Counted from the first letter of the stretch, positions 27,177-37,180 are shown. The stretch is 64,000 nucleotides of DNA from Sphingobacteriaceae bacterium (GCA_035303785.1 DATGRI010000020.1:12308-76307), one strand, 5' to 3'. Program-made: numbers and translations. Notes: generated from the letters alone by a model not told the origin.

Positions 27177-28484
27177 ATGCTGACCAAGCGGCCGCGGGGC
27201 ACCTACGACCTCCTGTCGCCCGAAGTGGAAGGGTGGCAGCGGCTGGAAGAGCACATCCGCACCCTTTGCCGCCGCTGCGGCTACACCGAGGTGCGCACGC
27301 CCATCATCGAGCATACGGAACTGTTTGAGCGGGGCGTGGGCGAAACCACCGACGTGGTGGAAAAGGAAATGTACACCTTTGAGGACCGGGGCGGCCGCAG
27401 CCTGACCTTGCGCCCCGAGGGCACGGCACCGACCTTGCGGGCCTACTTGGAGAACGGCCTGGCCAAGGCGCCCCAGCCTGTGAAGCTGTTTTACCTGGCG
27501 GCGCCCATGTTCCGCTTCGAGCGGCCCCAGGCGGGCCGGTTCCGCCAGCATTACCAGTTCGGCGTGGAAGCCGTGGGCAGCATGGATCCGGCCCTGGACG
27601 CCGAGATCATCAGCCTGCCCCTGATGCTGCTGGAGGAGCTGGGGGCCGGCTCCTTCGTGGTGCGCCTCAACAGCATCGGCTGCCCCAAGTGCCGTCCCGC
27701 CTACCGGGAGGCCCTGCAGGCCTACTACGCGCCCCATAAGGACAAGCTTTGCGCCGACTGCGCCCGGCGGTTCCACACCAACCCCCTGCGGCTGCTGGAC
27801 TGCAAGAACGAGCGCTGCGCCCCCTTCAAGGCCGAGGCGCCCCGCACCGTGGACTACTTGTGCGATGAATGCCGGGAGCACTTCGACTCCCTCCAGGGCT
27901 ACCTGCGGCAGTTGGAAATCCAATTCGAAATCGATCCCCTCATCGTCCGGGGCCTGGACTACTACACCAAGACGGTGTTCGAGGTCCTCGACACCGGTCT
28001 GGGGGCTCAAAACACCGTCTGCGGCGGCGGCCGCTACGACGGCCTGGTGGAGTCCCTGGGCGGGCCGCCCACGCCGGGCATCGGCTTCGGCCTGGGCATG
28101 GAGCGGCTGATGTCCCTGCTGGCGGAGCGCAACATTAACCTGGGCGGCTCGGCGCCCTTGGATTTGTTCGTGGCCACCGCCGGGCCCGAGGCCCGTCCCA
28201 CGGCCGTGGCCCTGGTGCACCGCCTGCGGCGGAAAGGGCTGACGGTGGACATGGACTACATGGGCCGCAGCCTGAAGGCCCAGATGCGCCGGGCCGACCG
28301 CTACCCGGCCCGGGCGGTTCTCATCCTGGGTGAGCAGGAAGTGGCGGCGGGCCGGGCCGTCATCCGCCACCTGGCCACAGGGGATGAAACGGAAGTGCCC
28401 CTGGCCGGCTTCGAGGAAATCGCCGCGGCCGTCCAAGGGGCTCCCGCCCCGGCCCGGCAAGGGCCCGAGGCGGGCGGGGTTTGA
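27177..28484 (+). CDS. hisS: Histidine--tRNA ligase
   Basis: Contains RGTYDLLSPE, LRPEGTAP, FRFERPQAGRFRQHYQFG and GGGRYDGL. Confidence 0.9.
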   Translation: MLTKRPRGTYDLLSPEVEGWQRLEEHIRTLCRRCGYTEVRTPIIEHTELFERGVGETTDVVEKEMYTFEDRGGRSLTLRPEGTAPTLRAYLENGLAKAPQPVKLFYLAAPMFRFERPQAGRFRQHYQFGVEAVGSMDPALDAEIISLPLMLLEELGAGSFVVRLNSIGCPKCRPAYREALQAYYAPHKDKLCADCARRFHTNPLRLLDCKNERCAPFKAEAPRTVDYLCDECREHFDSLQGYLRQLEIQFEIDPLIVRGLDYYTKTVFEVLDTGLGAQNTVCGGGRYDGLVESLGGPPTPGIGFGLGMERLMSLLAERNINLGGSAPLDLFVATAGPEARPTAVALVHRLRRKGLTVDMDYMGRSLKAQMRRADRYPARAVLILGEQEVAAGRAVIRHLATGDETEVPLAGFEEIAAAVQGAPAPARQGPEAGGV

Positions 28485-28515
28485 GCGCTGATTTTCCAAG
28501 GAAAGGGGCAGGACT

Positions 28516-30327
28516 GTGCCCGGACAAGCTGATTTGCTCCATCGCACCCATGAATGTGGGACGCTCCGACGGGAACATGCCGGCAGCCCGGTGGTCTTGA
28601 CGGGGTGGGTTGCCCGGGTACGGGACCACGGCGGCGTGCTGTTCGTTGACCTGCGGGACCGCACCGGCATCGTGCAGCTGGTGTTCCACGGCGACACCCG
28701 GGGCGACCGCCCCCTGCGGCCCGAGTCGGTCATCGGCGTGCGGGGGGAAGTGCGCCTGCGGGAGCCCCACCTGGTGAACCCCAAGCTGGCCACGGGCGAG
28801 GTGGAGGTGTGGGTGTCGGACCTCCAGGTGTGGAACGAATCCCGCACACCGCCTTTCTACATCGAGGACGGCATCGACACCGACGAAAGCGTCCGGCTCC
28901 GCTACCGGTACTTGGACCTGCGGCGGCCCGAGATGCAGCGGGCCCTCATCCTGCGGCACCGGGTCACCAAGGTCTTGCGGGACTTCTTCGATGCCCGGGG
29001 CTTCCTGGAAGTGGAGACGCCCATGCTCACCTTGAGCACCCCCGAGGGCGCCCGGGACTACCTGGTGCCCAGCCGCCTGGAGCCGGGGCATTTCTACGCC
29101 CTGCCCCAGTCGCCCCAGTTGTTCAAGCAGCTGCTCATGGTGTCGGGCCTGGAGCGGTACTTCCAGGTGGTGCGCTGCTTCCGGGACGAGGACCTGCGGG
29201 CCGACCGGCAGCCCGAGTTCACCCAGGTCGACGTGGAAATGTCCTTCGTGGAAGAAGAAGACGTCATGGCCATGGTGGAAGACCTCATGGCGGATCTTTA
29301 CCGGGAGGTGCTGGGGGTGGACCTGCCCCGGCCCTTCCCGCGCCTGACCTATGACGAGGCCATGCTGAAATACGGCACCGACAAGCCCGACCTGCGGAAC
29401 CCCTTGACCATCGAGGACGTGGGCCAGTGCTTTGCCGAAACGGAGTTCCGGGTCTTTCGCTCCGTCCTGGACGGGGGCGGGGTGATCCGGGCCTTGCGCA
29501 TCCCCGCCGGCGAGGAGCCGTGGCGGCGCAAGGACCTGGACGACTTGACGGCAGAAGCCCGCCGCTGGGGTGCCGGCGGCCTGGCCTGGCTGGAAGTGGG
29601 CACCGGTCCCGCGGGCGATCCCCAGAGCCACCGTTCTTCCTTTGCCCGGTTCCTCAGCGCTCAGGAATTGACCGATTTGTTCGCGGCCACCGGGGCGGAG
29701 CCGGGAGACCTGCTCCTCATGGTGGCCGACTCCGCCGACACGGCGGCCCGGGTATTGGGCCACCTGCGCCAGCACATTGCCCAGGAGCGGGGCTTCCTCC
29801 GGGACGGGGAGCTGGCCTTCACCTGGATTACCGACTTCCCCTTGCTGGAATGGGATGAGGACGAAAAGCGGTACGTGGCCGTCCACCACCCCTTCACTTC
29901 ACCTAAGCCCGACCATTGGGAACTGCTCCGGTCGGAGCCCTGGCGGGTCCGGGCCCGGGCCTACGACTTGGTTTTGAACGGCGTGGAATTGGGCGGCGGC
30001 AGCATCCGGATCCACAACACGGCCCAGCAGGAGCAGATGCTGGCGGCCTTGGGCTTCAGCCAGGAAGAGGCCAAGGAGCGGTTCGGCTTCTTGATGGAGG
30101 CCTTCTCCTACGGCGCGCCGCCCCACGGGGGCATCGCCCTGGGGTTGGACCGGATGGTCATGCTCATGGCCGAGCGCCAATCCATCCGGGACGTCATCGC
30201 CTTCCCCAAGACGGCCAAGGCGGCCTGCCTCATGACAGGGGCGCCGGGCCCCGTGGATCCGGCCCAGTTGCAGGAACTCCACCTGCAGGTCATCTACAAG
30301 GAGCCGGAAGGTCAGGCTCAGGCGTAA
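28516..30327 (+). CDS. aspS: Aspartate--tRNA ligase
   Basis: Contains RTHECGTLR, FVDLRDRTG, LPQSPQLFKQLLM, RCFRDEDLRADRQPEFTQ and GGIALGLDR. Confidence 0.9.
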   Translation: MPGQADLLHRTHECGTLRREHAGSPVVLTGWVARVRDHGGVLFVDLRDRTGIVQLVFHGDTRGDRPLRPESVIGVRGEVRLREPHLVNPKLATGEVEVWVSDLQVWNESRTPPFYIEDGIDTDESVRLRYRYLDLRRPEMQRALILRHRVTKVLRDFFDARGFLEVETPMLTLSTPEGARDYLVPSRLEPGHFYALPQSPQLFKQLLMVSGLERYFQVVRCFRDEDLRADRQPEFTQVDVEMSFVEEEDVMAMVEDLMADLYREVLGVDLPRPFPRLTYDEAMLKYGTDKPDLRNPLTIEDVGQCFAETEFRVFRSVLDGGGVIRALRIPAGEEPWRRKDLDDLTAEARRWGAGGLAWLEVGTGPAGDPQSHRSSFARFLSAQELTDLFAATGAEPGDLLLMVADSADTAARVLGHLRQHIAQERGFLRDGELAFTWITDFPLLEWDEDEKRYVAVHHPFTSPKPDHWELLRSEPWRVRARAYDLVLNGVELGGGSIRIHNTAQQEQMLAALGFSQEEAKERFGFLMEAFSYGAPPHGGIALGLDRMVMLMAERQSIRDVIAFPKTAKAACLMTGAPGPVDPAQLQELHLQVIYKEPEGQAQA

Positions 30328-31514
30328 ACCATGACCTCCACGGCGGGCTCGCCGGGCCGGGGACGCCCACTCCGGCCGCCCCGCAGGATGACCCCCGGCA
30401 CCTGGCGGGCCAGGCGCCGGTAATCGGCGTCGCCCCGGGCCAGGGCGGCCAGCATCTCGGCGAAGGCGGTGCGGTCGGCCCGCACCAGGCTGCGTAGCAT
30501 CCAGCCCCCCACAGGGTAAAAAGTGCGGGCCAGGCGCCACGACCAGCGCAGTTCCGGCAGCAGACCCTTTTGCAGCCTTTGGGCGTAGTCCGTCAAGCGG
30601 GGGCCGGCAGGAGACTGGCGGGCCAGCACTTCGGCGGCATGGCGGGCGCTGGCCACGGCGTAGTAGATGCCCTCGCCGCTGAAGGGATCCGTCAGACCGG
30701 CCGCATCCCCCACAAACACCGCCCGCCGGGTGTGGAGCACCGCCGGCGCTCCCCCCGGGCTGACGGCCAGGGGCCACGCCGACCGCAGCAGGCCGGGCCG
30801 CCGCTGATCCAACCCGTGGCGGCCCATGTATTCCTGCAGCAATTGTGGCAGGGGCGAACTTGCGGCCCGCAAGGTGCACACCCCCACCGACCAATGTTCC
30901 TTCTTGGGGAAAACCCAGGCGTAGCCGTCCCGAGGGCTGCCGAAGGCGAACTCCAGGCTGCCGGCCCAGCGGCCGTGCTCCTCCTGGGTGACGGGGTACT
31001 CCCACTCCACGGCGCCGCACCAGCGCCGCAAGGGGGCGGCGCCCAGGCGCCGGGCCGTGAGCCCCTTGGCCCCGTCGGCGGCCACCAGAAAGGGCGCCCG
31101 GTAACGGCCTTCCTTGGTGACCACGGTGACGGCGTCGTCGTCTTCCCCCACATCGGTCACCGGCTCCCCGGTGCGCACCTGGGCGCCGGCGGCTTGGGCC
31201 GCCTGGAGCAGCAGGTGGTCGAAACGGTGGCGCCGCACCTGGAACACCAGGGGGCGGTCGGCCGTCACCGCCACCCGGTAGTCCCCGTGGCCCAGCACGA
31301 AGCGGTAAGTGGTGTCGTCGATGACCGGGCGCAAATCCAGGTCGGCCAGCAGGGCCGCGGTCCGGGCCGTGACGCCGCCGCCACACACCTTGGGCCGGGG
31401 AAAGGCCTGGGCATCCAAGACCAAAGTTTGCAGACCCTGCTGGGCCAGCAGCCGGGCGGCGGTGGCGCCGCCGGGGCCCCCGCCCACCACGATGGCATCG
31501 AAGCGTTGTGCCAC
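30318..31514 (-). CDS. Geranylgeranyl reductase family FAD-dependent oxidoreductase
   Basis: Has FDAIVVGGGPGGATAARLLAQQG plus the GD motif VFVGDAAG. GTG at 31514 is 7 nt after GGGAGGAGG. The 3' end overlaps the aspS stop by 10 nt (convergent). Confidence 0.7.
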   Translation of the reverse strand: MAQRFDAIVVGGGPGGATAARLLAQQGLQTLVLDAQAFPRPKVCGGGVTARTAALLADLDLRPVIDDTTYRFVLGHGDYRVAVTADRPLVFQVRRHRFDHLLLQAAQAAGAQVRTGEPVTDVGEDDDAVTVVTKEGRYRAPFLVAADGAKGLTARRLGAAPLRRWCGAVEWEYPVTQEEHGRWAGSLEFAFGSPRDGYAWVFPKKEHWSVGVCTLRAASSPLPQLLQEYMGRHGLDQRRPGLLRSAWPLAVSPGGAPAVLHTRRAVFVGDAAGLTDPFSGEGIYYAVASARHAAEVLARQSPAGPRLTDYAQRLQKGLLPELRWSWRLARTFYPVGGWMLRSLVRADRTAFAEMLAALARGDADYRRLARQVPGVILRGGRSGRPRPGEPAVEVMVYA

Positions 31515-31923
31515 GGACCTGCCTCCTCCCGGATTTTTTGCCCGGCTAGGACACATTTTAATGCTGCAGGCACGGCCGGGCGAGGCCAAGACCCGCCGGA
31601 CGGGGGGCCTGTCCGCGCCCTTGGCCACCTTCCTGCCCGTGTGTTACCATAGGGCCACACAGTTGGTGAAGCCGAACGGCACCCTGCCGTGTGCGTGAGG
31701 GTCAAGAAATTTTGAGCCAACACCTCTACCGAGGGAGCCCGGCCTCCGCGTCATCCGCCCATGCCCGGCCAAAATTTCGGGATCGGCTCCGGTGGCGTGG
31801 GAGGGCACCCACCTTGTTGGGAAGGGCCTCGGAATCTCTTGGCACCGGACGGCACGGCGGGGTGCTTGGTGTACTCGCAAGCAGGTCCACAACTAAATAT
31901 GTACTGCATTAGGAGGATTGCCC

Positions 31924-32253
31924 TTGTCTGAAAACCTGGTCACCGTGACGGAGCAGAATTTCGAGGAAGAGGTGCTCGGTTCCGACCAGCCGGTCATCGT
32001 GGACTTCTGGGCGGCTTGGTGCGGGCCGTGCGTCATGCTGGAGCCGGTGTTCGCCGAACTGTCGGGCGAGTACGCCGGCAAGATCAAGTTCGCCAAGGTC
32101 AATGTGGATGAAAACCCCTCCTTGGCGGCCCGCTTCGGCGTCATGAGCATTCCCACCTTGATCATCTTCAAGGATGGGAACCCGGCGGAGCGCATCGTGG
32201 GCCTCCAGCCCAAGCAGGCGCTCCAGCGGCAGTTGGACGCCTACGTAAACTGA
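31924..32253 (+). CDS. trxA: Thioredoxin
   Basis: Active site WAAWCGPC. TTG at 31924 is 7 nt after AGGAGG; the track start at 31918 is too close to the RBS. Confidence 0.85.
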   Translation: MSENLVTVTEQNFEEEVLGSDQPVIVDFWAAWCGPCVMLEPVFAELSGEYAGKIKFAKVNVDENPSLAARFGVMSIPTLIIFKDGNPAERIVGLQPKQALQRQLDAYVN

Positions 32254-32376
32254 ACTGTTGACGGCGGGCCCGGGCCGGGTTCAGGCCTGTCCGGGCCGGC
32301 GCCATGTGCAGCGACCGCTGAAGCCTTTGACGCCCCCCGACGGGGGCGTTTTGCCTATGGGAAGGGGGTGGCGCCC

Positions 32377-33726
32377 ATGGCGGAAAACGGGCAGGGCAGC
32401 CTCTTCGCCGAGGCGCGCCGGCGGATGGACCGCTCGGCGCCCTTGTCCCACCGCATGCGGCCCCGTACATTGGATGAGTTTGTCGGCCAGGAGCATCTGG
32501 TGGGGCCGGGCCGCCTGCTGCGGCGGGCCGTGGAGGCCGACCGCCTGACCAACATGATCTTCCACGGGCCGCCGGGGAGCGGCAAGACGGCCCTGGCGGA
32601 AATCATCGCCAACCATACCGGCGCCCATTTCCAGCGCCTCAACGCCGTGACCGCCGGGGTGGCCGACGTGCGCAAGGTGATCCAGGCGGCCATGGGGCGC
32701 TTGGAGTCGGGGGCCGGCCGCACCGTCCTGTTCATCGATGAGATCCACCGGTTCAACAAGGCCCAGCAGGACGCCCTGCTGCCGGCTTTGGCCGAGGGCA
32801 CCATCATCTTGATCGGCGCCACCACGGAAAATCCCTACTTCACCATTACGGGGCCCCTGCTGTCCCGGAGCCGGCTCTTCCGGTTCGAGCCTTTGGCCGA
32901 TGAGCAAATCCGCCTGCTGCTGCAAAGGGCCATCGCCGACAAGGAGCGGGGCCTGGGCGAGCTGCCCTTGGCTGTGACCGAGGAGGCTTTGGACCACTGG
33001 GTGTCGGTGGCGGCGGGGGACGCCCGCAACGCCCTCAACGCCCTGGAACTGGCGGCCCTCACCACGCCTCCCGACCAGGCGGGGCGCATCGTCATCGACG
33101 CGGCGGTGGCGGCGGAGTCCATTCAACAAAGGGTGCTGGCCTACGACCGCCAGGGCGACGGCCATTACGACCATGCCTCGGCCTTCATCAAGAGCATGCG
33201 GGGCTCCGACCCCGACGCCGCCGTCTACTGGCTGGCCCGCATGCTGGAGGCGGGGGAGGATCCCCGGTTCCTGGCCCGGCGCATGGTGGTCCACGCCGCC
33301 GAGGACGTAGGCATGGCCGATCCCCAAGCCTTGGTGGTGGCGGTGGCGGCGGCCCAGGCCCTGGAGTTGGTGGGCATGCCCGAAGCCCGCATCCCCCTGG
33401 CCGAGGCGGCCATCTACATCGCCACGGCCCCCAAGAGCAACGCCGTCTACCGGGCCATCAACAAGGCCGGGTCCGATGTGCGGTCCCAGCAGCCCCCGCC
33501 GGTGCCCGTCCACCTGCGGGACAGTTCCTACAGCGGCGCCAAGGCCATGGGCCACGGCAAGGGCTACCTGTACCCCCACAACTTCCCCCAGGGCTTCGTG
33601 GAGCAGCAGTACCTGCCCGACGGCATCCGGCGGGGAACCTATTATCAGCCGACGGAATACGGCCTGGAGCGGAAGATTGCCCAGCGCCTGGCGGCCTGGT
33701 GGTCCCGCCGGGAACCGCCTGCTTGA
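32377..33726 (+). CDS. rarA: Replication-associated recombination protein A (MgsA/RarA AAA+ ATPase)
   Basis: Contains PLSHRMRPRTLDEFVGQEHL, GPPGSGKTA, LFIDEIHRFNKAQQDALLP and ATTENPYF. Confidence 0.85.
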   Translation: MAENGQGSLFAEARRRMDRSAPLSHRMRPRTLDEFVGQEHLVGPGRLLRRAVEADRLTNMIFHGPPGSGKTALAEIIANHTGAHFQRLNAVTAGVADVRKVIQAAMGRLESGAGRTVLFIDEIHRFNKAQQDALLPALAEGTIILIGATTENPYFTITGPLLSRSRLFRFEPLADEQIRLLLQRAIADKERGLGELPLAVTEEALDHWVSVAAGDARNALNALELAALTTPPDQAGRIVIDAAVAAESIQQRVLAYDRQGDGHYDHASAFIKSMRGSDPDAAVYWLARMLEAGEDPRFLARRMVVHAAEDVGMADPQALVVAVAAAQALELVGMPEARIPLAEAAIYIATAPKSNAVYRAINKAGSDVRSQQPPPVPVHLRDSSYSGAKAMGHGKGYLYPHNFPQGFVEQQYLPDGIRRGTYYQPTEYGLERKIAQRLAAWWSRREPPA

Positions 33727-33803
33727 CACCCCCCGGAGCCGGTGCTACCATATCACAACGAAATCCTAGTGTCCCCATCGGAATTAACAGGGAGGACGAC
33801 GTT

Positions 33804-34259
33804 GTGAACATCACCACCCGGGGGCAATACGGCGTCAAGGCCATGTTTGAACTGGCCATGCGCTACGGGGAAGGACCCATTCCCCTCCGCCAGGTGGCCG
33901 AGCAGCAGAACCTGCCGGAGCATTACCTGGAGCAGTTGATGGGTCCCCTGCGCAAGGCGGAGCTGGTCCGCAGCGTCAGGGGCGCCCAAGGGGGCTACAT
34001 GCTGGGGCGGGATCCGTCGGAAATCACTGTGGGCGAGATCCTGCGGGTGCTGGAAGGCCCGCTGCTACCCGTGGACTGCGCCGCCGACGACCCCGAGGCT
34101 TACGCCTACTGCCCCAGCGGGGAAAGCTGCACCATCCGCGGCGTCTGGGTGAAAATTCGCGATGCGGTGAACGAGACCATCGACAGCATCACCTTGGCCG
34201 ACCTGCGGGAAGAAGAACTGGCCAAGATGCGGCGGGGCCGGATCACGTACTACATCTGA
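33804..34259 (+). CDS. Rrf2-family transcriptional regulator (CymR/IscR-like)
   Basis: Starts VNITTRGQYGVKAMFELA and contains RSVRGAQGGYML. Cys cluster is C…C…C. GTG is 7 nt after GGGAGGA. Confidence 0.8.
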   Translation: MNITTRGQYGVKAMFELAMRYGEGPIPLRQVAEQQNLPEHYLEQLMGPLRKAELVRSVRGAQGGYMLGRDPSEITVGEILRVLEGPLLPVDCAADDPEAYAYCPSGESCTIRGVWVKIRDAVNETIDSITLADLREEELAKMRRGRITYYI

Positions 34260-34300
34260 CCCCGGTGGTTGCCGGGCCCACCGGGAGCGGGCGGGACACC

Positions 34301-35485
34301 ATGGGCGGCAAACCTCAGATGATATACATGGACCACGCGGCCACCACGCCGGTGCTGCCGGAAGTGGGCGCCCGGGCCGCTGAATTTTGGTACCAGCAGT
34401 TCGGCAACCCTTCCAGCGTCCACAGGCTGGGACGGCGGGCCCGCTCAGCGGTGGAGGGGGCCCGGCGGCAAACGGCTTCCCTCATCGGCGCTGAACCCGA
34501 GGAAATTATCTTCACCAGCGGCGGCACCGAGGCCAACAACCTGGCGGTGCTGGGCGCTGCCCGGGCCCAGGCGGAGCAGGGGCGGCACATCGTCACCAGC
34601 GCCGTGGAGCACCCGTCGGTGCTGGAGGCCTGCGCCGCCTTGGAGCAGGAAGGTTTCCGGGTCACCTACGTGCCCGTGGACCAATGGGGGATGGTGGATC
34701 CCGCGGCGGTCCTGGCGGCGATGACCGACGAGACCATCTTGGTCAGCATCATGCTGGCCAACAACGAAGTGGGCACGGTGCAGCCGGTGGCCGCCATCGC
34801 TTTGGCCCTGCGGGCAGCGGGCCGGCCGGTGGTGTTCCACACCGACGCCGTTCAGGCGGCGGGCCAGGTGCCCTTGAACGTTGAGGACCTGGGCGTGGAT
34901 CTCCTCACCCTGTCAGGCCACAAGCTGTACGCCCCCAAAGGGGTGGGCGCCTTGTACATCCGCCGGGGCATCCGGCGCAAGCTGCAGCCCCTGCTTTACG
35001 GCGGGGGGCAGGAAGGCAGGATGCGCCCCGGCAGCGAGAACGTGGCCGGCATCGTGGCCATGGGGGAGGCGGCGGCCCTGGCCGCCGCTGAAGGCCCGGC
35101 CCTGGCCCGGCGGCTGGCCGGGCTGCGGGACCGCCTGGCGGCGGGCCTCCAGGCAGCGGTGCCGGGAGTGACCTTGAACGGGCATCCCACAGAGCGGCTG
35201 CCCAACAACGTCCACATCTCCATCGATGGGGTGGACAGCGAGACCTTGTTGATCCACTTGGACATGGCCGGGGTGGCGGCTTCCAGCGGCTCCGCCTGCA
35301 CGGCGGGCGCGGTGGAGCCGTCCCATGTGCTCCAGGCCATGGGGCGAAGCCGGGAGCAGGCCCGGCAGGTGCTGCGCCTCACCTTGGGCAGGACCAACGA
35401 CGAGAACGACGTAGATGAAGCCGTCCGCCGCATCGCGGCGGCGGTGGAGCAAATCCGGGAAGGAGGGCGGCATCGCGATGGGTGA
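34301..35485 (+). CDS. Cysteine desulfurase (NifS/IscS class, PLP-dependent)
   Basis: Contains IYMDHAATTP, SGHKLYAPKGVGALY (PLP Lys) and SSGSACT (catalytic Cys). The start is uncertain among 34265, 34301 and 34319. Confidence 0.85.
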   Translation: MGGKPQMIYMDHAATTPVLPEVGARAAEFWYQQFGNPSSVHRLGRRARSAVEGARRQTASLIGAEPEEIIFTSGGTEANNLAVLGAARAQAEQGRHIVTSAVEHPSVLEACAALEQEGFRVTYVPVDQWGMVDPAAVLAAMTDETILVSIMLANNEVGTVQPVAAIALALRAAGRPVVFHTDAVQAAGQVPLNVEDLGVDLLTLSGHKLYAPKGVGALYIRRGIRRKLQPLLYGGGQEGRMRPGSENVAGIVAMGEAAALAAAEGPALARRLAGLRDRLAAGLQAAVPGVTLNGHPTERLPNNVHISIDGVDSETLLIHLDMAGVAASSGSACTAGAVEPSHVLQAMGRSREQARQVLRLTLGRTNDENDVDEAVRRIAAAVEQIREGGRHRDG

Positions 35486-36620
35486 ACGGGTTTTGGTGGC
35501 CATGAGCGGCGGCGTGGACAGTTCCGTGGCTGCGGCCTTGCTGGTGGAGCAGGGCTATGAGGTCATGGGCGTCACCATGCAGGTGTGGCCGGATCTTTCC
35601 CCGGCAGAAGAGGCCCGGCGGGGCGGGTGCTGCTCCATCAGCGCCGTCAACGACGCCCGGCACGTGGCCGACCTGCTGGACATTCCCTATTACGTCTTGA
35701 ACATGCAGGAAACTTTCGAGCGGTCGGTCATCGACTACTTCATCGATGAATACGCTGCCGGGCGGACGCCCAACCCGTGCGTGGCCTGCAACCGGCACGT
35801 GAAGTTCGATGCCCTCCTCCGCAAGGCCCGGGAGCTGGGCTGCCGCTACGTGGCCACGGGCCACTACGCCCGGGTGGAGCAGGACCCGGAAACGGGGCGC
35901 TACCTGTTGTACAACTCCGCCGACGCCGGCAAGGATCAGACCTACGCCCTGTGCCAGTTGACCCAGGACCAGCTGCGCCATATTTTGTTCCCTGTGGGCG
36001 GCTACACCAAGCCGGAAGTGCGGCGCCTGGCCTTCCAGCGGGGCCTGCCCACGGCGGCCAAGCCTGACAGCCAGGAAATCTGCTTCGTGCTGGACAACGA
36101 CTACGGCGCCTTCATCGAGTCCCGGGCGCCCCACACGGTGCAGCCGGGGCCCATCTACGACACGGCGGGCAACCGCCTGGGCACCCACCGGGGCCTGCCC
36201 CACTACACCGTGGGCCAGCGCCGGGGCCTGGGCATCACCGCGGGCCGCCCCCTGTACGTGGTGGCCTTGAAGCCCGAGGAAAACGCCCTCATCGTGGGCA
36301 CCGCCGACCAGGTCCAGTCGGCCGGCCTGGTGGCGGAAGGGGTCAACTGGATCCCTTACGACCGGCCGCCGGGACCGGTGACGGCCCAGGTAAAGATTCG
36401 CTACCGGGCCGAGGGCGCGCCGGCCGTCATCTACCCCCAGCCCGACGGCACCGCCGTGGTGGCCTTTCAGGAGCCCCAGCGGGCCGTGACCCCGGGCCAG
36501 ACCGCCGCCTTCTACGACGGCGACCTGGTATTGGGCGGGGGAACCATCCGCCGGGCTTTGACTTTGTCGGAACTTCAGCGCCGGGCGTATGCCCGGGACG
36601 ATTTTGGGACAACCATCTGA
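35478..36620 (+). CDS. mnmA: tRNA 2-thiouridine(34) synthase
   Basis: PP-loop VAMSGGVDSSV, plus NPCVACN and DQTYAL. It overlaps the desulfurase gene by 8 nt. Confidence 0.9.
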   Translation: MGERVLVAMSGGVDSSVAAALLVEQGYEVMGVTMQVWPDLSPAEEARRGGCCSISAVNDARHVADLLDIPYYVLNMQETFERSVIDYFIDEYAAGRTPNPCVACNRHVKFDALLRKARELGCRYVATGHYARVEQDPETGRYLLYNSADAGKDQTYALCQLTQDQLRHILFPVGGYTKPEVRRLAFQRGLPTAAKPDSQEICFVLDNDYGAFIESRAPHTVQPGPIYDTAGNRLGTHRGLPHYTVGQRRGLGITAGRPLYVVALKPEENALIVGTADQVQSAGLVAEGVNWIPYDRPPGPVTAQVKIRYRAEGAPAVIYPQPDGTAVVAFQEPQRAVTPGQTAAFYDGDLVLGGGTIRRALTLSELQRRAYARDDFGTTI

Positions 36621-36656
36621 AGGGAACCTTATCCCGCCGGCACCGAAAGGAGGGTC

Positions 36657-36914
36657 ATGATGGCCCGCAAGCAGTACCGCCCATTGGTGGCATGCCCTGA
36701 ATGCAAGGGGCACCGGGTGGGCCGCATCGGCACCCGGCAGTACTTCTGCAGCGACTGCTGCCTGGAGTTCGTGCTGCGCAACGGGCGGGTCGATCTGTAC
36801 GAAGTGGATGAAGAAGGCAACCTGGTGACGGCGGGGCGCATCTCCTTGGACGACGACACGCCTGTGGCCGTCGCCGCCGCCCAGGCTCCCGCCGGCCGCT
36901 CCGCCAAGGAGTAG
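36657..36914 (+). CDS. Small zinc-ribbon protein (85 aa), uncharacterised
   Basis: CPEC…17 residues…CSDCC. The ATG follows AAAGGAGGG. Composition is ordinary. Confidence 0.45.
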   Translation: MMARKQYRPLVACPECKGHRVGRIGTRQYFCSDCCLEFVLRNGRVDLYEVDEEGNLVTAGRISLDDDTPVAVAAAQAPAGRSAKE

Positions 36915-36955
36915 ACGCCCCCGCGCCCGCGCATACTGAGGGCGGGGGTGATGAG

Positions 36956-37180
36956 ATGTCCCGGGACTTCTGGCAGGGTATCGCCCTGGGTGCCGCCGCC
37001 GCAGGGTTGACCGCGGCCGCCGTGGCGGTGCGGAACCGGCGCCGCCGGCGCCGATCCCCGTGGCAGCGGGCCGGGCGGTTCGTCCAGGAAGGGGGACGCA
37101 TGGTCCGGCGGGGAGCGGCCATGGCCGTGGACCGCTCCCGGGCCCTGGGCCGGCGAGTAATGCCCAAGGCTCTGGGCTGA
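36956..37180 (+). CDS. Small N-terminally anchored, highly basic protein (74 aa), uncharacterised
   Basis: Starts MSRDFWQGIALGAAAAGLTAAAVAV, then RNRRRRRRSPWQR. A weak RBS (GGGGGTGA) is present. High-GC noise cannot be excluded. Confidence 0.35.
   Translation: MSRDFWQGIALGAAAAGLTAAAVAVRNRRRRRRSPWQRAGRFVQEGGRMVRRGAAMAVDRSRALGRRVMPKALG

Noticed and set aside
24027-28847. 1606-aa minus-strand ORF spanning relA, dtd and hisS
   Set aside because: It runs antisense to three strongly conserved genes. Its translation is dominated by R/G/P/A/H and has no recognisable motif. This is the typical stop-codon-poor shadow frame of GC-rich DNA.
31648-31760. Possible cobalamin riboswitch (AGGG…GGTGAAGCC…CGGCACCC…GCCGTGTG, then AGCCCGG)
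   Set aside because: Only loose word-level resemblance. The highly conserved GCCACTG core and the B12 box (AGYCMGGAGACCKGCC) are not matched, and trxA is not an expected target. I kept it only as an unassigned GC-rich intergenic region.
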